Part shown: in pieces, positions 42,601-57,500 of the stretch
Layout: every line of letters starts with the position of its first letter
Numbering within the stretch: the first letter of the stretch is position 1
From: the human T2T-CHM13v2.0 reference genome, Homo sapiens
Strand: one strand, 5' to 3'
Assembly (NCBI RefSeq): GCF_009914755.1
Contig: NC_060939.1
Length of the DNA stretch: 64,000 bases
The notes under the pieces: model-generated
The model's database searches: none
Told to the model about the DNA's origin: nothing
What the model saw: the letters and a program-made list of their open reading frames with translations, nothing else
Program-made: the position numbers and the translations under genes

Positions 42601-45600
42601 TCCATTCCATTTGATGCCATTCCATTCAATTCTGTTCTACTCGACTCCAATACATTCAATTCCATTCCATCCGATTCCATTACATTCTTTTCATTTCTTA
42701 TCCATTTCAAGCCATTCCACTCCATTCCATTCCACTCGTTTCCTTTCCATTCGAGTCCATTCCTCTCCAGTCCATTCCGTTCAATCCATTCCATTCCAGT
42801 CCATTCCATTCGAGTCAATTCCATTCCATTCGATGTCTTTCCATAACGATCCATTCCATTCTATTCCTTTCGATTCCATTCCATTCTATTTCATTCCATT
42901 CGATTCCCTTCCATTGGACTCCTTTCCATTCGAGTGCATTCCATTCCGTTCCATTTCTTTCCGTTCTGTACGATTCCTACCGTTCGATTTCATTTTGTTC
43001 CAGTCCATTCCTTTCGCGTCCATTCCATTCCATTTCACTACATTCGATTCCATTCCATTCGATTCCATTCTACTCGATTCCACTTCGTTCCATTTCATTG
43101 CATTCCATTCTATTCAACTCTATTGCCTTCCATTCCATTCCATTCGATTACATTCCATGCGATTCCATTCGAAATCGAATCAATTACATTGCAATCCATT
43201 ACTATTGAGTCCGTTTTATTCCAGTCCACTGCTTTCTGGTCCATTCCATTTGATTCCATTCCATTCTATTCCATTCCATACAGTTGCATTCCATTGGATT
43301 CCATGCTATATCTATAAATTCAATTCGAGACCATTGCTTTTGAGTCCATTCTATATGATTCCATTCCATTCAAGTCCATTACATTTGGTTCAATTCCATT
43401 CCATTCCATTCCCTTCCATTACATTCCATTTGATATCAATCCATTCGATTCCATTCCATTCGAGCACATTCCATTCGAGTCCATTCCATTCGATGCCATT
43501 CCATTTGATTCTATTCCATTAGTCTCCATTCAATTCCATTAATCTCCATTCCATTCCATTCTACTCCAACTGATTCCATTCCATTCTATTCCTTTCCATT
43601 CCATTTCATTGCATTCCATTCCATTTCATTCCATTCCATTCCATTCGTGTCCATTCCACTCCAGTCCATTCCATTCGTGTCCATTCCATTCCAGTCCATT
43701 CCATTTGTGTCCACTGCATTCCATTCCACTCCATTCCATATTATTCCATTACACTCCATTCCATTCTATTACTTTCATTTCCATTCAATTCCATTCCATT
43801 TGATTCCATTCCACTCGGTTTCATTCCATTTGAGTCCACTCCATTCCATTCCATTCCATTCCATTCAGTTCCATTCCATTCTGTTCCATTCCATTCCGTT
43901 CCATTACATTCCATTCCATTCGGTACCATTCCATATTGTTCCATTCGATTCCATTCGAATCCATTCCATTCCAGTCCATTCCATTCGATTCCATTCCATT
44001 CATTTCAATTCCATTCCATTCCATTCCATTACATTCCACTTGATTCCTCTCCATTCCCTTCCACTGCATTCCGTTCGATTCCATTCCATCGCATTGCATT
44101 CCATTCCATTGGATTGCATTCCTTTCGATTCCATTCCATTCGAATCAATTACATAGCAATCCATTACATTCGAGTCTATTCTCTTCCGTTCCATTCGATT
44201 TCGTTCCAATCCATTCGATTCCATTCCATTCGATTCCATTCCATACTATTGCATTCCATTCGATTACATTATATTCGAATAAGTTCCATTCAAGACCATT
44301 TCTTTTGAGTCCATTCTATTTGAGTCCATTCCCTTTGATTCCATAACATTTGAGTCCATTCAATTCCATTCCTTTCGTTTCCATTCCATTTGATGCCATT
44401 CCATTCAATTCTGTTCTACTCGACTCCAATACATTCAATTCCATTCCATCCGATTCCATTACATTCTTTTCATTTCTTATCCATTTCAAGCCATTCCACT
44501 CCATTCCATTCCACTCGTTTCCTTTCCATTCGAGTCCATTCCTCTCCAGTCCATTCCGTTCAATCCATTCCATTCCAGTCCATTCCATTCGAGTCCGTTC
44601 CATTCCAGTCCATTCCATTCGAGTCAATTCCATCCCATTCGATGTCTTTCCATAACGATCCATTCCATTCTATTCCTTTTGATTCCATTCCATTCTATTT
44701 CATTCCATTCGATTCCCTTCCATTGGACTCCTTTCCATTCGAGTGCATTCCATTCCGTTCCATTTCTTTCCGTTCTGTACGATTCCTACCGTTCGATTTC
44801 ATTTTGTTCCAGTCCATTCCTTTCGCGTCCATTCCATTCCATTTCACTCCATTCGATTCCATTCCACTCGATTCCACTTCGTTCCATTTCATTGCATTCC
44901 ATTCTATTCAACTCTATTGCCTTCCATTCCATTCCATTCGATTACATTCCATGCGATTCCATTCGAAATCGAATCAATTACATTGCAATCCATTACTATT
45001 GAGTCCATTTCATTCCAGTCCACTGCATTCTGGTCCATTCCGTTTGATTCCATTCCATTCTATTCCATTCCATACAGTTGCATTCCATTGGATTCCATTC
45101 TATATCTATAAATTCAATTCGAGACCATTGCTTTTGAGTCCATTCTATATGATTCCATTCCATTCATTTCCATTACATTTGGTTCAATTCCATTCCATTC
45201 CATTCCCTTCCATTCCATTCCAGTTGATATCAATCCATTCGATTCCATTCCATTCGAGCACATTCCATTCGAGTCCATTCCATTCGATGCCATTCCATTT
45301 GATTCTATTCCATTAGTCTCCATTCAATTCCATTAATCTCCATTCCATTCCATTCTACTCCAACTGATTCCATTCCATTCTATTCCTTTCCATTCCATTT
45401 CATTCCATTCCATTCCAATTCATTCCATTCCATTCCATTCCATTCCATTCCATTCGCTTCCATTCCATTCGTGTCCATTCCATTCCAGTCCATTCCATTT
45501 GTGTCCACTGCATTCCATTCCACTCCATTCCATATTATTCCATTACACTCCATTCCATTCTATTACTTTCATTTCCATTCAATTCCATTCCATTTGATTC

Positions 45601-48600
45601 CATTCCACTCGGTTTCATTCCATTTGAGTCCACTCCATTCCATTCCATTCCATTCCATTCAGTTCCATTCCATTCTGTTCCATTCCATTCCGTTCCATTA
45701 CATTCCATTCCATTCGGTACCATTCCATATTGTTCCATTCGATTCCATTCGAATCCATTCCATTCCAGTCCATTCCATTCGATTCCATTCCATTCATTTC
45801 AATTCCATTCCATTCCATTCCATTACATTCCACTTGATTCCTCTCCATTCCCTTCCACTGCATTCCGTTCGATTCCATTCCATTGCATTGCATTCCATTC
45901 CATTGGATTGCATTCCATTCGATTCCATTCCATTCGAATCAATTACATAGCAATCCATTACATTCGAGTCTATTCTATTCCGTTCCATTCGATTTCGTTC
46001 CAATCCATTCGATTCCATTCCATTCGATTCCCTTCCATACTATTGCATTCCATTCGATTACATTATATTCGAATAAGTTCCATTCAAGACCATTTCTTTT
46101 GAGTCCATTCTATTTGAGTCCATTCCCTTTGATTCCATAACATTTGAGTCCATTCAATTCCATTCCTTTCGTTTCCATTCCATTTGATGCCATTCCATTC
46201 AATTCTGTTCTACTCGACTCCAATACATTCAATTCCATTCCATCCGATTCCATTACATTCTTTTCATTTCTTATCCATTTCAAGCCATTCCACTCCATTC
46301 CATTCCACTCGTTTCCTTTCCATTCGAGTCCATTCCTCTCCAGTCCATTCCGTTCAATCCTTTCCATTCCAGTCCATTCCATTCGAGTCCGTTCCATTCC
46401 AGTCCATTCCATTCGAGTCAATTCCATTCCATTCGATGTCTTTCCATAACGATCCATTCCATTCTATTCCTTTCGATTCCATTCCATTCTATTTCATTCC
46501 ATTCGATTCCCTTCCATTGGACTCCTTTCCATTCGAGTGCATTCCATTCCTTTCCATTTCTTTCCGTTCTGTACGATTCCTACCGTTCGATTTCATTTTG
46601 TTCCAGTCCATTCCTTTCGCGTCCATTCCATTCCATTTCACTCCATTCGATTCCATTCCACTCGATTCCACTTCGTTCCATTTCATTGCATTCCATTCTA
46701 TTCAACTCTATTGCTTTCATTCCATTCCATTTGATTACATTCCATGCAATTCCATTCGAAATCGGATCAATTACATTGCAATCCATTACTATTGAGTCCG
46801 TTTTATTCCAGTCCACTGCATTCTGGTCCATTCCATTTGATTCCATTCCATTCTATTCCATTCCATACAGTTGCATTCCATTGGATTCCATGCTATATCT
46901 ATAAATTCAATTCGAGACCATTGCTTTTGAGTCCATTCTATATGATTCCATTCCATTCAAGTCCATTACATTTGGTTCAATTCCATTCCATTCCATTCCC
47001 TTCCATTCCATTCCATTTGATATCAATCCATTCGATTCCATTCCATTCGAGCACATTCCATTCGAGTCCATTCCATTCGATGCCATTCCATTTGATTCTA
47101 TTCCATTAGTCTCCATTCAATTCCATTAATCTCCATTCCATTCCATTCTACTCCAACTGATTCCATTCCATTCTATTCCTTTCCATTCCATTTCATTCCA
47201 TTCCATTCCATTTCATTCCATTCCATTCCATTCGCGTCCATTCCACTCCAGTCCATTCCATTCGTGTCCATTCCATTCCAGTCCATTCCATTTGTGTCCA
47301 CTGCATTCCATTCCACTCCATTCCATATGATTCCATTACACTCCATTCCATTCTATTACTTTCATTTCCATTCAATTCCATTCCATTTGATTCCATTCCA
47401 CTCGGTTTCATTCCATTTGAGTCCACTCCATTCCATTCCATTCCATTCCATTCAGTTCCATTCCATTCTGTTCCATTCCATTCCGTTCCATTACATTCCA
47501 TTCCATTCGGTACCATTCCATATTGTTCCATTCGATTCCATTCGAATCCATTCCATTCCAGTCCATTCCATTCGATTCCATTCCATTCATTTCAATTCCA
47601 TTCCATTCCATTCCATTACATTCCACTTGATTCCTCTCCATTCCCTTCCACTGCATTCCGTTCGATTCCATTCCATTGCATTGCATTCCATTCCATTGGA
47701 TTGCATTCCATTCGATTCCATTCCATTCGAATCAATTACATAGCAATCCATTACATTCGAGTCTATTCTCTTCCGATCCATTCGATTTCGTTCCAATCCA
47801 TTCGATTCCATTCCATTCGATTCCATTCCATACTATTGCATTCCATTCGATTACATTATATTCGAATAAGTTCCATTCAAGACCATTTCTTTTGAGTCCA
47901 TTCTATTTGAGTCCATTCCCTTTGATTCCATAACATTTGAGTCCATTCAATTCCATTCCTTTCGTTTCCATTCCATTTGATGCCATTCCATTCAATTCTG
48001 TTCTACTCGACTCCAATACATTCAATTCCATTCCATCCGATTCCATTACATTCTTTTCATTTCTTATCCATTTCAAGCCATTCCACTCCATTCCATTCCA
48101 CTCGTTTCCTTTCCATTCGAGTCCATTCCTCTCCAGTCCATTCCGTTCAATCCATTCCATTCCAGTCCATTCCATTCGAGTCCGTTCCATTCCAGTCCAT
48201 TCCATTCGAGTCAATTCCATTCCATTCGATGTCTTTCCATAACGATCCATTCCATTCTATTCCTTTCGATTCCATTCCATTCTATTTCATTCCATTCGAT
48301 TCCCTTCCATTGGACTCCTTTCCATTCGAGTGCATTCCATTCCGTTCCATTTCTTTCCGTTCTGTACGATTCCTACCGTTCGATTTCATTTTGTTCCAGT
48401 CCATTCCTTTCGCGTCCATTCCATTCCATTTCACTACATTCGATTCCATTCCATTCGATTCCATTCTACTCGATTCCACTTCGTTCCATTTCATTGCATT
48501 CCATTCTATTCAACTCTATTGCCTTCCATTCCATTCCATTCGATTACATTCCATGCGATTCCATTCGAAATCGAATCAATTACATTGCAATCCATTACTA

Positions 48601-51579
48601 TTGAGTCCGTTTTATTCCAGTCCACTGCTTTCTGGTCCATTCCATTTGATTCCATTCCATTCTATTCCATTCCATACAGTTGCATTCCATTGGATTCCAT
48701 GCTATATCTATAAATTCAATTCGAGACCATTGCTTTTGAGTCCATTCTATATGATTCCATTCCATTCAAGTCCATTACATTTGGTTCAATTCCATTCCAT
48801 TCCATTCCCTTCCATTCCATTCCATTTGATATCAATCCATTCGATTCCATTCCATTCGAGCACATTCCATTCGAGTCCATTCCATTCGATGCCATTCCAT
48901 TTGATTCTATTCCATTAGTCTCCATTCAATTCCATTAATCTCCATTCCATTCCATTCTACTCCAACTGATTCCATTCCATTCTATTCCTTTCCATTCCAT
49001 TTCATTGCATTCCATTCCATTTCATTCCATTCCATTCCATTCGTGTCCATTCCACTCCAGTCCATTCCATTCGTGTCCATTCCATTCCAGTCCATTCCAT
49101 TTGTGTCCACTGCATTCCATTCCACTCCATTCCATATTATTCCATTACAATCCATTCCATTCTATTACTTTCATTTCCATTCAATTCCATTCCATTTGAT
49201 TCCATTCCACTCGGTTTCATTCCATTTGAGTCCACTCCATTCCATTCCATTCCATTCCATTCAGTTCCATTCCATTCTGTTCCATTCCATTCCGTTCCAT
49301 TACATTCCATTCCATTCGGTACCATTCCATATTGTTCCATTCGATTCCATTCGAATCCATTCCATTCCAGTCCATTCCATTCGATTCCATTCCATTCATT
49401 TCAATTCCATTCCATTCCATTCCATTCCATTCCACTTGATCCCTCTCCATTCCCTTCCACTGCATTCCGTTCGATTCCATTCCATTGCATTGCATTCCAT
49501 TCCATTGGATTGCATTCCATTCCATTCCATTCCATTCGAATCAATTACATAGCAATCCATTACATTCGAGTCTATTCTATTCCGTTCCATTCGATTTCGT
49601 TCCAATCCATTCGATTCCATTCCATTCGATTCCATTCCATACTATTGCATTCCATTCGATTAGATTATATTCGAATAAGTTCCATTCAAGACCATTTCTT
49701 TTGAGTCCATTCTATTTGAGTCCATTCCCTTTGATTCCATAACATTTGAGTCCATTCAATTCCATTCCTTTCGTTTCCATTCCATTTGATGCCATTCCAT
49801 TCAATTCTGTTCTACTCGACTCCAATACATTCAATTCCATTCCATCCGATTCCATTACATTCTTTTCATTTCTTATCCATTTCAAGCCATTCCACTCCAT
49901 TCCATTCCACTCGTTTCCTTTCCATTCGAGTCCATTCCTCTCCAGTCCATTCCGTTCAATCCATTCCATTCCAGTCCATTCCATTCGAGTCCGTTCCATT
50001 CCAGTCCATTCCATTCGAGTCAATTCCATTCCATTCGATGTCTTTCCATAACGATCCATTCCATTCTATTCCTTTCGATTCCATTCCATTCTATTTCATT
50101 CCATTCGATTCCCTTCCATTGGACTCCTTTCCATTCGAGTGCATTCCATTCCTTTCCATTTCTTTCCGTTCTGTACGATTCCTACCGTTCGATTTCATTT
50201 TGTTCCAGTCCATTCCTTTCGCGTCCATTCCATTCCATTTCACTCCATTCGATTCCATTCCACTCGATTCCACTTCGTTCCATTTCATTGCATTCCATTC
50301 TATTCAACTCTATTGCCTTCCATTCCATTCCATTCAATTACATTCCATGCGATTCCATTCGAAATCGAATCAATTACATTGCAATCCATTACTATTGAGT
50401 CCGTTTTATTCCAGTCCACTGCATTCTGGTCCATTCCATTTGATTCCATTCCATTCTATTCCATTCCATACAGTTGCATTCCATTGGATTCCATGCTATA
50501 TCTATAAATTCAATTCGAGACCATTGCTTTTGAGTCCATTCTATATGATTCCATTCCATTCAAGTCCATTACATTTGGTTCAATTCCATTCCATTCCATT
50601 CCCTTCCATTCCATTCCATTTGATATCAATCCATTCGATTCCATTCCATTCGAGCACATTCCATTCGAGTCCATTCCATTCGATGCCATTCCATTTGATT
50701 CTATTCCATTAGTCTCCATTCAATTCCATTAATCTCCATTCCATTCCATTCTACTCCAACTGATTCCATTCCATTCTATTCCTTTCCATTCCATTTCATT
50801 GCATTCCATTCCATTTCATTCCATTTCATTCCATTCGCGTCCATTCCACTCCAGTCCATTCCATTCGTGTCCATTCCATTCCAGTCCATTACATTTGTGT
50901 CCACTGCATTCCATTCCACTCCATTCCATATGATTCCATTACACTCCATTCCATTCTATTACTTTCATTTCCATTCAATTCCATTCCATTTGATTCCATT
51001 CCACTCGGTTTCATTCCATTTGAGTCCACTCCATTCCATTCCATTCCATTCCATTCAGTTCCATTCCATTCTGTTCCATTCCATTCCGTTCCATTACATT
51101 CCATTCCATTCGGTACCATTCCATATTGTTCCATTCGATTCCATTCGAATCCATTCCATTCCAGTCCATTCCATTCGATTCCATTCCATTCATTTCAATT
51201 CCATTCCATTCCATTCCATTACATTCCACTTGATTCCTCTCCATTCCCTTCCACTGCATTCCGTTCGATTCCATTCCATTGCATTGCATTCCATTCCATT
51301 GGATTGCATTCCATTCGATTCCATTCCATTCGAATCAATTACATAGCAATCCATTACATTCGAGTCTATTCTCTTCCGATCCATTCGATTTCGTTCCAAT
51401 CCATTCGATTCCATTCCATTCGATTCCATTCCATACTATTGCATTCCATTCGATTACATTATATTCGAATAAGTTCCATTCAAGACCATTTCTTTTGAGT
51501 CCATTCTATTTGAGTCCATTCCCTTTGATTCCATAACATTTGAGTCCATTCAATTCCATTCCTTTCGTTTCCATTCCAT

Positions 51580-54500
51580 TTGATGCCATTCCATTCAATT
51601 CTGTTCTACTCGACTCCAATACATTCAATTCCATTCCATCCGATTCCATTACATTCTTTTCATTTCTTATCCATTTCAAGCCATTCCACTCCATTCCATT
51701 CCACTCGTTTCCTTTCCATTCGAGTCCATTCCTCTCCAGTCCATTCCGTTCAATCCATTCCATTCCAGTCCATTCCATTCGAGTCCGTTCCATTCCAGTC
51801 CATTCCATTCGAGTCAATTCCATTCCATTCGATGTCTTTCCATAACGATCCATTCCATTCTATTCCTTTCGATTCCATTCCATTCTATTTCATTCCATTC
51901 GATTCCCTTCCATTGGACTCCTTTCCATTCGAGTGCATTCCATTCCTTTCCATTTCTTTCCGTTCTGTACGATTCCTACCGTTCGATTTCATTTTGTTCC
52001 AGTCCATTCCTTTCGCGTCCATTCCATTCCATTTCACTACATTCGATTCCATTCCATTCGATTCCATTCTACTCGATTCCACTTCGTTCCATTTCATTGC
52101 ATTCCATTCTATTCAACTCTATTGCCTTCCATTCCATTCCATTCGATTACATTCCATGCGATTCCATTCGAAATCGAATCAATTACATTGCAATCCATTA
52201 CTATTGAGTCCGTTTTATTCCAGTCCACTGCTTTCTGGTCCATTCCATTTGATTCCATTCCATTCTATTCCATTCCATACAGTTGCATTCCATTGGATTC
52301 CATGCTATATCTATAAATTCAATTCGAGACCATTGCTTTTGAGTCCATTCTATATGATTCCATTCCATTCAAGTCCATTACATTTGGTTCAATTCCATTC
52401 CATTCCATTCCCTTCCATTACATTCCATTTGATATCAATCCATTCGATTCCATTCCATTCGAGCACATTCCATTCGAGTCCATTCCATTCGATGCCATTC
52501 CATTTGATTCTATTCCATTAGTCTCCATTCAATTCCATTAATCTCCATTCCATTCCATTCTACTCCAACTGATTCCATTCCATTCTATTCCTTTCCATTC
52601 CATTTCATTGCATTCCATTCCATTTCATTCCATTCCATTCCATTCGTGTCCATTCCACTCCAGTCCATTCCATTCGTGTCCATTCCATTCCAGTCCATTC
52701 CATTTGTGTCCACTGCATTCCATTCCACTCCATTCCATATTATTCCATTACTCTCCATTCCATTCTATTACTTTCATTTCCATTCAATTCCATTCCATTT
52801 GATTCCATTCCACTCGGTTTCATTCCATTTGAGTCCACTCCATTCCATTCCATTCCATTCCATTCAGTTCCATTCCATTCTGTTCCATTCCATTCCGTTC
52901 CATTACATTCCATTCCATTCGGTACCATTCCATATTGTTCCATTCGATTCCATTCGAATCCATTCCATTCCAGTCCATTCCATTCGATTCCATTCCATTC
53001 ATTTCAATTCCATTCCATTCCATTCCATTACATTCCACTTGATTCCTCTCCATTCCCTTCCACTGCATTCCGTTCGATTCCATTCCATCGCATTGCATTC
53101 CATTCCATTGGATTGCATTCCTTTCGATTCCATTCCATTCGAATCAATTACATAGCAATCCATTACATTCGAGTCTATTCTCTTCCGTTCCATTCGATTT
53201 CGTTCCAATCCATTCGATTCCATTCCATTCGATTCCATTCCATACTATTGCATTCCATTCGATTACATTATATTCGAATAAGTTCCATTCAAGACCATTT
53301 CTTTTGAGTCCATTCTATTTGAGTCCATTCCCTTTGATTCCATAACATTTGAGTCCATTCAATTCCATTCCTTTCGTTTCCATTCCATTTGATGCCATTC
53401 CATTCAATTCTGTTCTACTCGACTCCAATACATTCAATTCCATTCCATCCGATTCCATTACATTCTTTTCATTTCTTATCCATTTCAAGCCATTCCACTC
53501 CATTCCATTCCACTCGTTTCCTTTCCATTCGAGTCCATTCCTCTCCAGTCCATTCCGTTCAATCCATTCCATTCCAGTCCATTCCATTCGAGTCCGTTCC
53601 ATTCCAGTCCATTCCATTCGAGTCAATTCCATCCCATTCGATGTCTTTCCATAACGATCCATTCCATTCTATTCCTTTTGATTCCATTCCATTCTATTTC
53701 ATTCCATTCGATTCCCTTCCATTGGACTCCTTTCCATTCGAGTGCATTCCATTCCGTTCCATTTCTTTCCGTTCTGTACGATTCCTACCGTTCGATTTCA
53801 TTTTGTTCCAGTCCATTCCTTTCGCGTCCATTCCATTCCATTTCACTCCATTCGATTCCATTCCACTCGATTCCACTTCGTTCCATTTCATTGCATTCCA
53901 TTCTATTCAACTCTATTGCCTTCCATTCCATTCCATTCGATTACATTCCATGCGATTCCATTCGAAATCGAATCAATTACATTGCAATCCATTACTATTG
54001 AGTCCGATTTATTCCAGTCCACTGCATTCTGGTCCATTCCATTTGATTCCATTCCATTCTATTCCATTCCATACAGTTGCATTCCATTGGATTCCATGCT
54101 ATATCTATAAATTCAATTCGAGACCATTGCTTTTGAGTCCATTCTATATGATTCCATTCCATTCAAGTCCATTACATTTGGTTCAATTCCATTCCATTCC
54201 ATTCCCTTCCATTCCATTCCATTTGATATCAATCCATTCGATTCCATTCCATTCGAGCCCATTCCATTCCACTCCATTCCATTCGATGCCATTCCATTTG
54301 ATTCTATTCCATTAGTCTCCATTCAATTCCATTAATCTCCATTCCATTCCATTCTACTCCAACTGATTCCATTTCATTCTATTCCTTTCCATTCCATTTC
54401 ATTCCATTCCATTCCATTCGTGTCCATTCCACTCCAGTCCATTCCATTAGTGTCCATTCCATTCCAGTCCATTCCATTTGTGTCCACAGCATTCCATTCC

Positions 54501-57500
54501 ACTCCATTCCATATTATTCCATTACACTCCATTCCATTCTATTACTTTCATTTCCATTCAATTCCATTCCATTTGATTCCATTCCACTCGGTTTCATTCC
54601 ATTTGAGTCCACTCCATTCCATTCCATTCCATTCCATTCAGTTCCATTCCATTCTGTTCCATTCCATTCCGTTCCATTACATTCCATTCCATTCGGTACC
54701 ATTCCATATTGTTCCATTCGATTCCATTCGAATCCATTCCATTCCAGTCCATTCCATTCGATTCCATTCCATTCATTTCAATTCCATTCCATTCCATTCC
54801 ATTCCATTCCACTTGATCCCTCTCCATTCCCTTCCACTGCATTCCGTTCGATTCCATTCCATTGCATTGCATTCCATTCCATTGGATTGCATTCCATTCC
54901 ATTCCATTCCATTCGAATCAATTACATAGCAATCCATTACATTCGAGTCTATTCTATTCCGTTCCATTCGATTTCGTTCCAATCCATTCGATTCCATTCC
55001 ATTCGATTCCATTCCATACTATTGCATTCCATTCGATTAGATTATATTCGAATAAGTTCCATTCAAGACCATTTCTTTTGAGTCCATTCTATTTGAGTCC
55101 ATTCCCTTTGATTCCATAACATTTGAGTCCATTCAATTCCATTCCTTTCGTTTCCATTCCATTTGATGCCATTCCATTCAATTCTGTTCTACTCGACTCC
55201 AATACATTCAATTCCATTCCATCCGATTCCATTACATTCTTTTCATTTCTTATCCATTTCAAGCCATTCCACTCCATTCCATTCCACTCGTTTCCTTTCC
55301 ATTCGAGTCCATTCCTCTCCAGTCCATTCCGTTCAATCCATTCCATTCCAGTCCATTCCATTCGAGTCCGTTCCATTCCAGTCCATTCCATTCGAGTCAA
55401 TTCCATTCCATTCGATGTCTTTCCATAACGATCCATTCCATTCTATTCCTTTCGATTCCATTCCATTCTATTTCATTCCATTCGATTCCCTTCCATTGGA
55501 CTCCTTTCCATTCGAGTGCATTCCATTCCTTTCCATTTCTTTCCGTTCTGTACGATTCCTACCGTTCGATTTCATTTTGTTCCAGTCCATTCCTTTCGCG
55601 TCCATTCCATTCCATTTCACTACATTCGATTCCATTCCATTCGATTCCATTCTACTCGATTCCACTTCGTTCCATTTCATTGCATTCCATTCTATTCAAC
55701 TCTATTGCCTTCCATTCCATTCCATTCGATTACATTCCATGCGATTCCATTCGAAATCGAATCAATTACATTGCAATCCATTACTATTGAGTCCGTTTTA
55801 TTCCAGTCCACTGCTTTCTGGTCCATTCCATTTGATTCCATTCCATTCTATTCCATTCCATACAGTTGCATTCCATTGGATTCCATGCTATATCTATAAA
55901 TTCAATTCGAGACCATTGCTTTTGAGTCCATTCTATATGATTCCATTCCATTCAAGTCCATTACATTTGGTTCAATTCCATTCCATTCCATTCCCTTCCA
56001 TTACATTCCATTTGATATCAATCCATTCGATTCCATTCCATTCGAGCACATTCCATTCGAGTCCATTCCATTCGATGCCATTCCATTTGATTCTATTCCA
56101 TTAGTCTCCATTCAATTCCATTAATCTCCATTCCATTCCATTCTACTCCAACTGATTCCATTCCATTCTATTCCTTTCCATTCCATTTCATTCCATTCCA
56201 TTCCATTTCATTCCATTCCATTCCATTCGTGTCCATTCCACTCCAGTCTATTCCATTCGTGTCCATTCCATTCCAGTCCATTCCATTTGTGTCCACTGCA
56301 TTCCATTCCACTCCATTCCATATTATTCCATTACACTCCATTCCATTCTATTACTTTCATTTCCATTCAATTCCATTCCATTTGATTCCATTCCACTCGG
56401 TTTCATTCCATTTGAGTCCACTCCATTCCATTCCATTCCATTCCATTCAGTTCCATTCCATTCTGTTCCATTCCATTCCGTTCCATTACATTCCATTCCA
56501 TTCGGTACCATTCCATATTGTTCCATTCGATTCCATTCGAATCCATTCCATTCCAGTCCATTCCATTCGATTCCATTCCATTCATTTCAATTCCATTCCA
56601 TTCCATTCCATTACATTCCACTTGATTCCTCTCCATTCCCTTCCACTGCATTCCGTTCGATTCCATTCCATTGCATTGCATTCCATTCCATTGGATTGCA
56701 TTCCTTTCGATTCCATTCCATTCGAATCAATTACATAGCAATCCATTACATTCGAGTCTATTCTCTTCCGTTCCATTCGATTTCGTTCCAATCCATTCGA
56801 TTCCATTCCATTCGATTCCATTCCATACTATTGCATTCCATTCGATTACATTATATTCGAATAAGTTCCATTCAAGACCATTTCTTTTGAGTCCATTCTA
56901 TTTGAGTCCATTCCCTTTGATTCCATAACATTTGAGTCCATTCAATTCCATTCCTTTCGTTTCCATTCCATTTGATGCCATTCCATTCAATTCTGTTCTA
57001 CTCGACTCCAATACATTCAATTCCATTCCATCCGATTCCATTACATTCTTTTCATTTCTTATCCATTTCAAGCCATTCCACTCCATTCCATTCCACTCGT
57101 TTCCTTTCCATTCGAGTCCATTCCTCTCCAGTCCATTCCGTTCAATCCATTCCATTCCAGTCCATTCCATTCGAGTCCGTTCCATTCCAGTCCATTCCAT
57201 TCGAGTCAATTCCATCCCATTCGATGTCTTTCCATAACGATCCATTCCATTCTATTCCTTTTGATTCCATTCCATTCTATTTCATTCCATTCGATTCCCT
57301 TCCATTGGACTCCTTTCCATTCGAGTGCATTCCATTCCGTTCCATTTCTTTCCGTTCTGTACGATTCCTACCGTTCGATTTCATTTTGTTCCAGTCCATT
57401 CCTTTCGCGTCCATTCCATTCCATTTCACTCCATTCGATTCCATTCCACTCGATTCCACTTCGTTCCATTTCATTGCATTCCATTCTATTCAACTCTATT

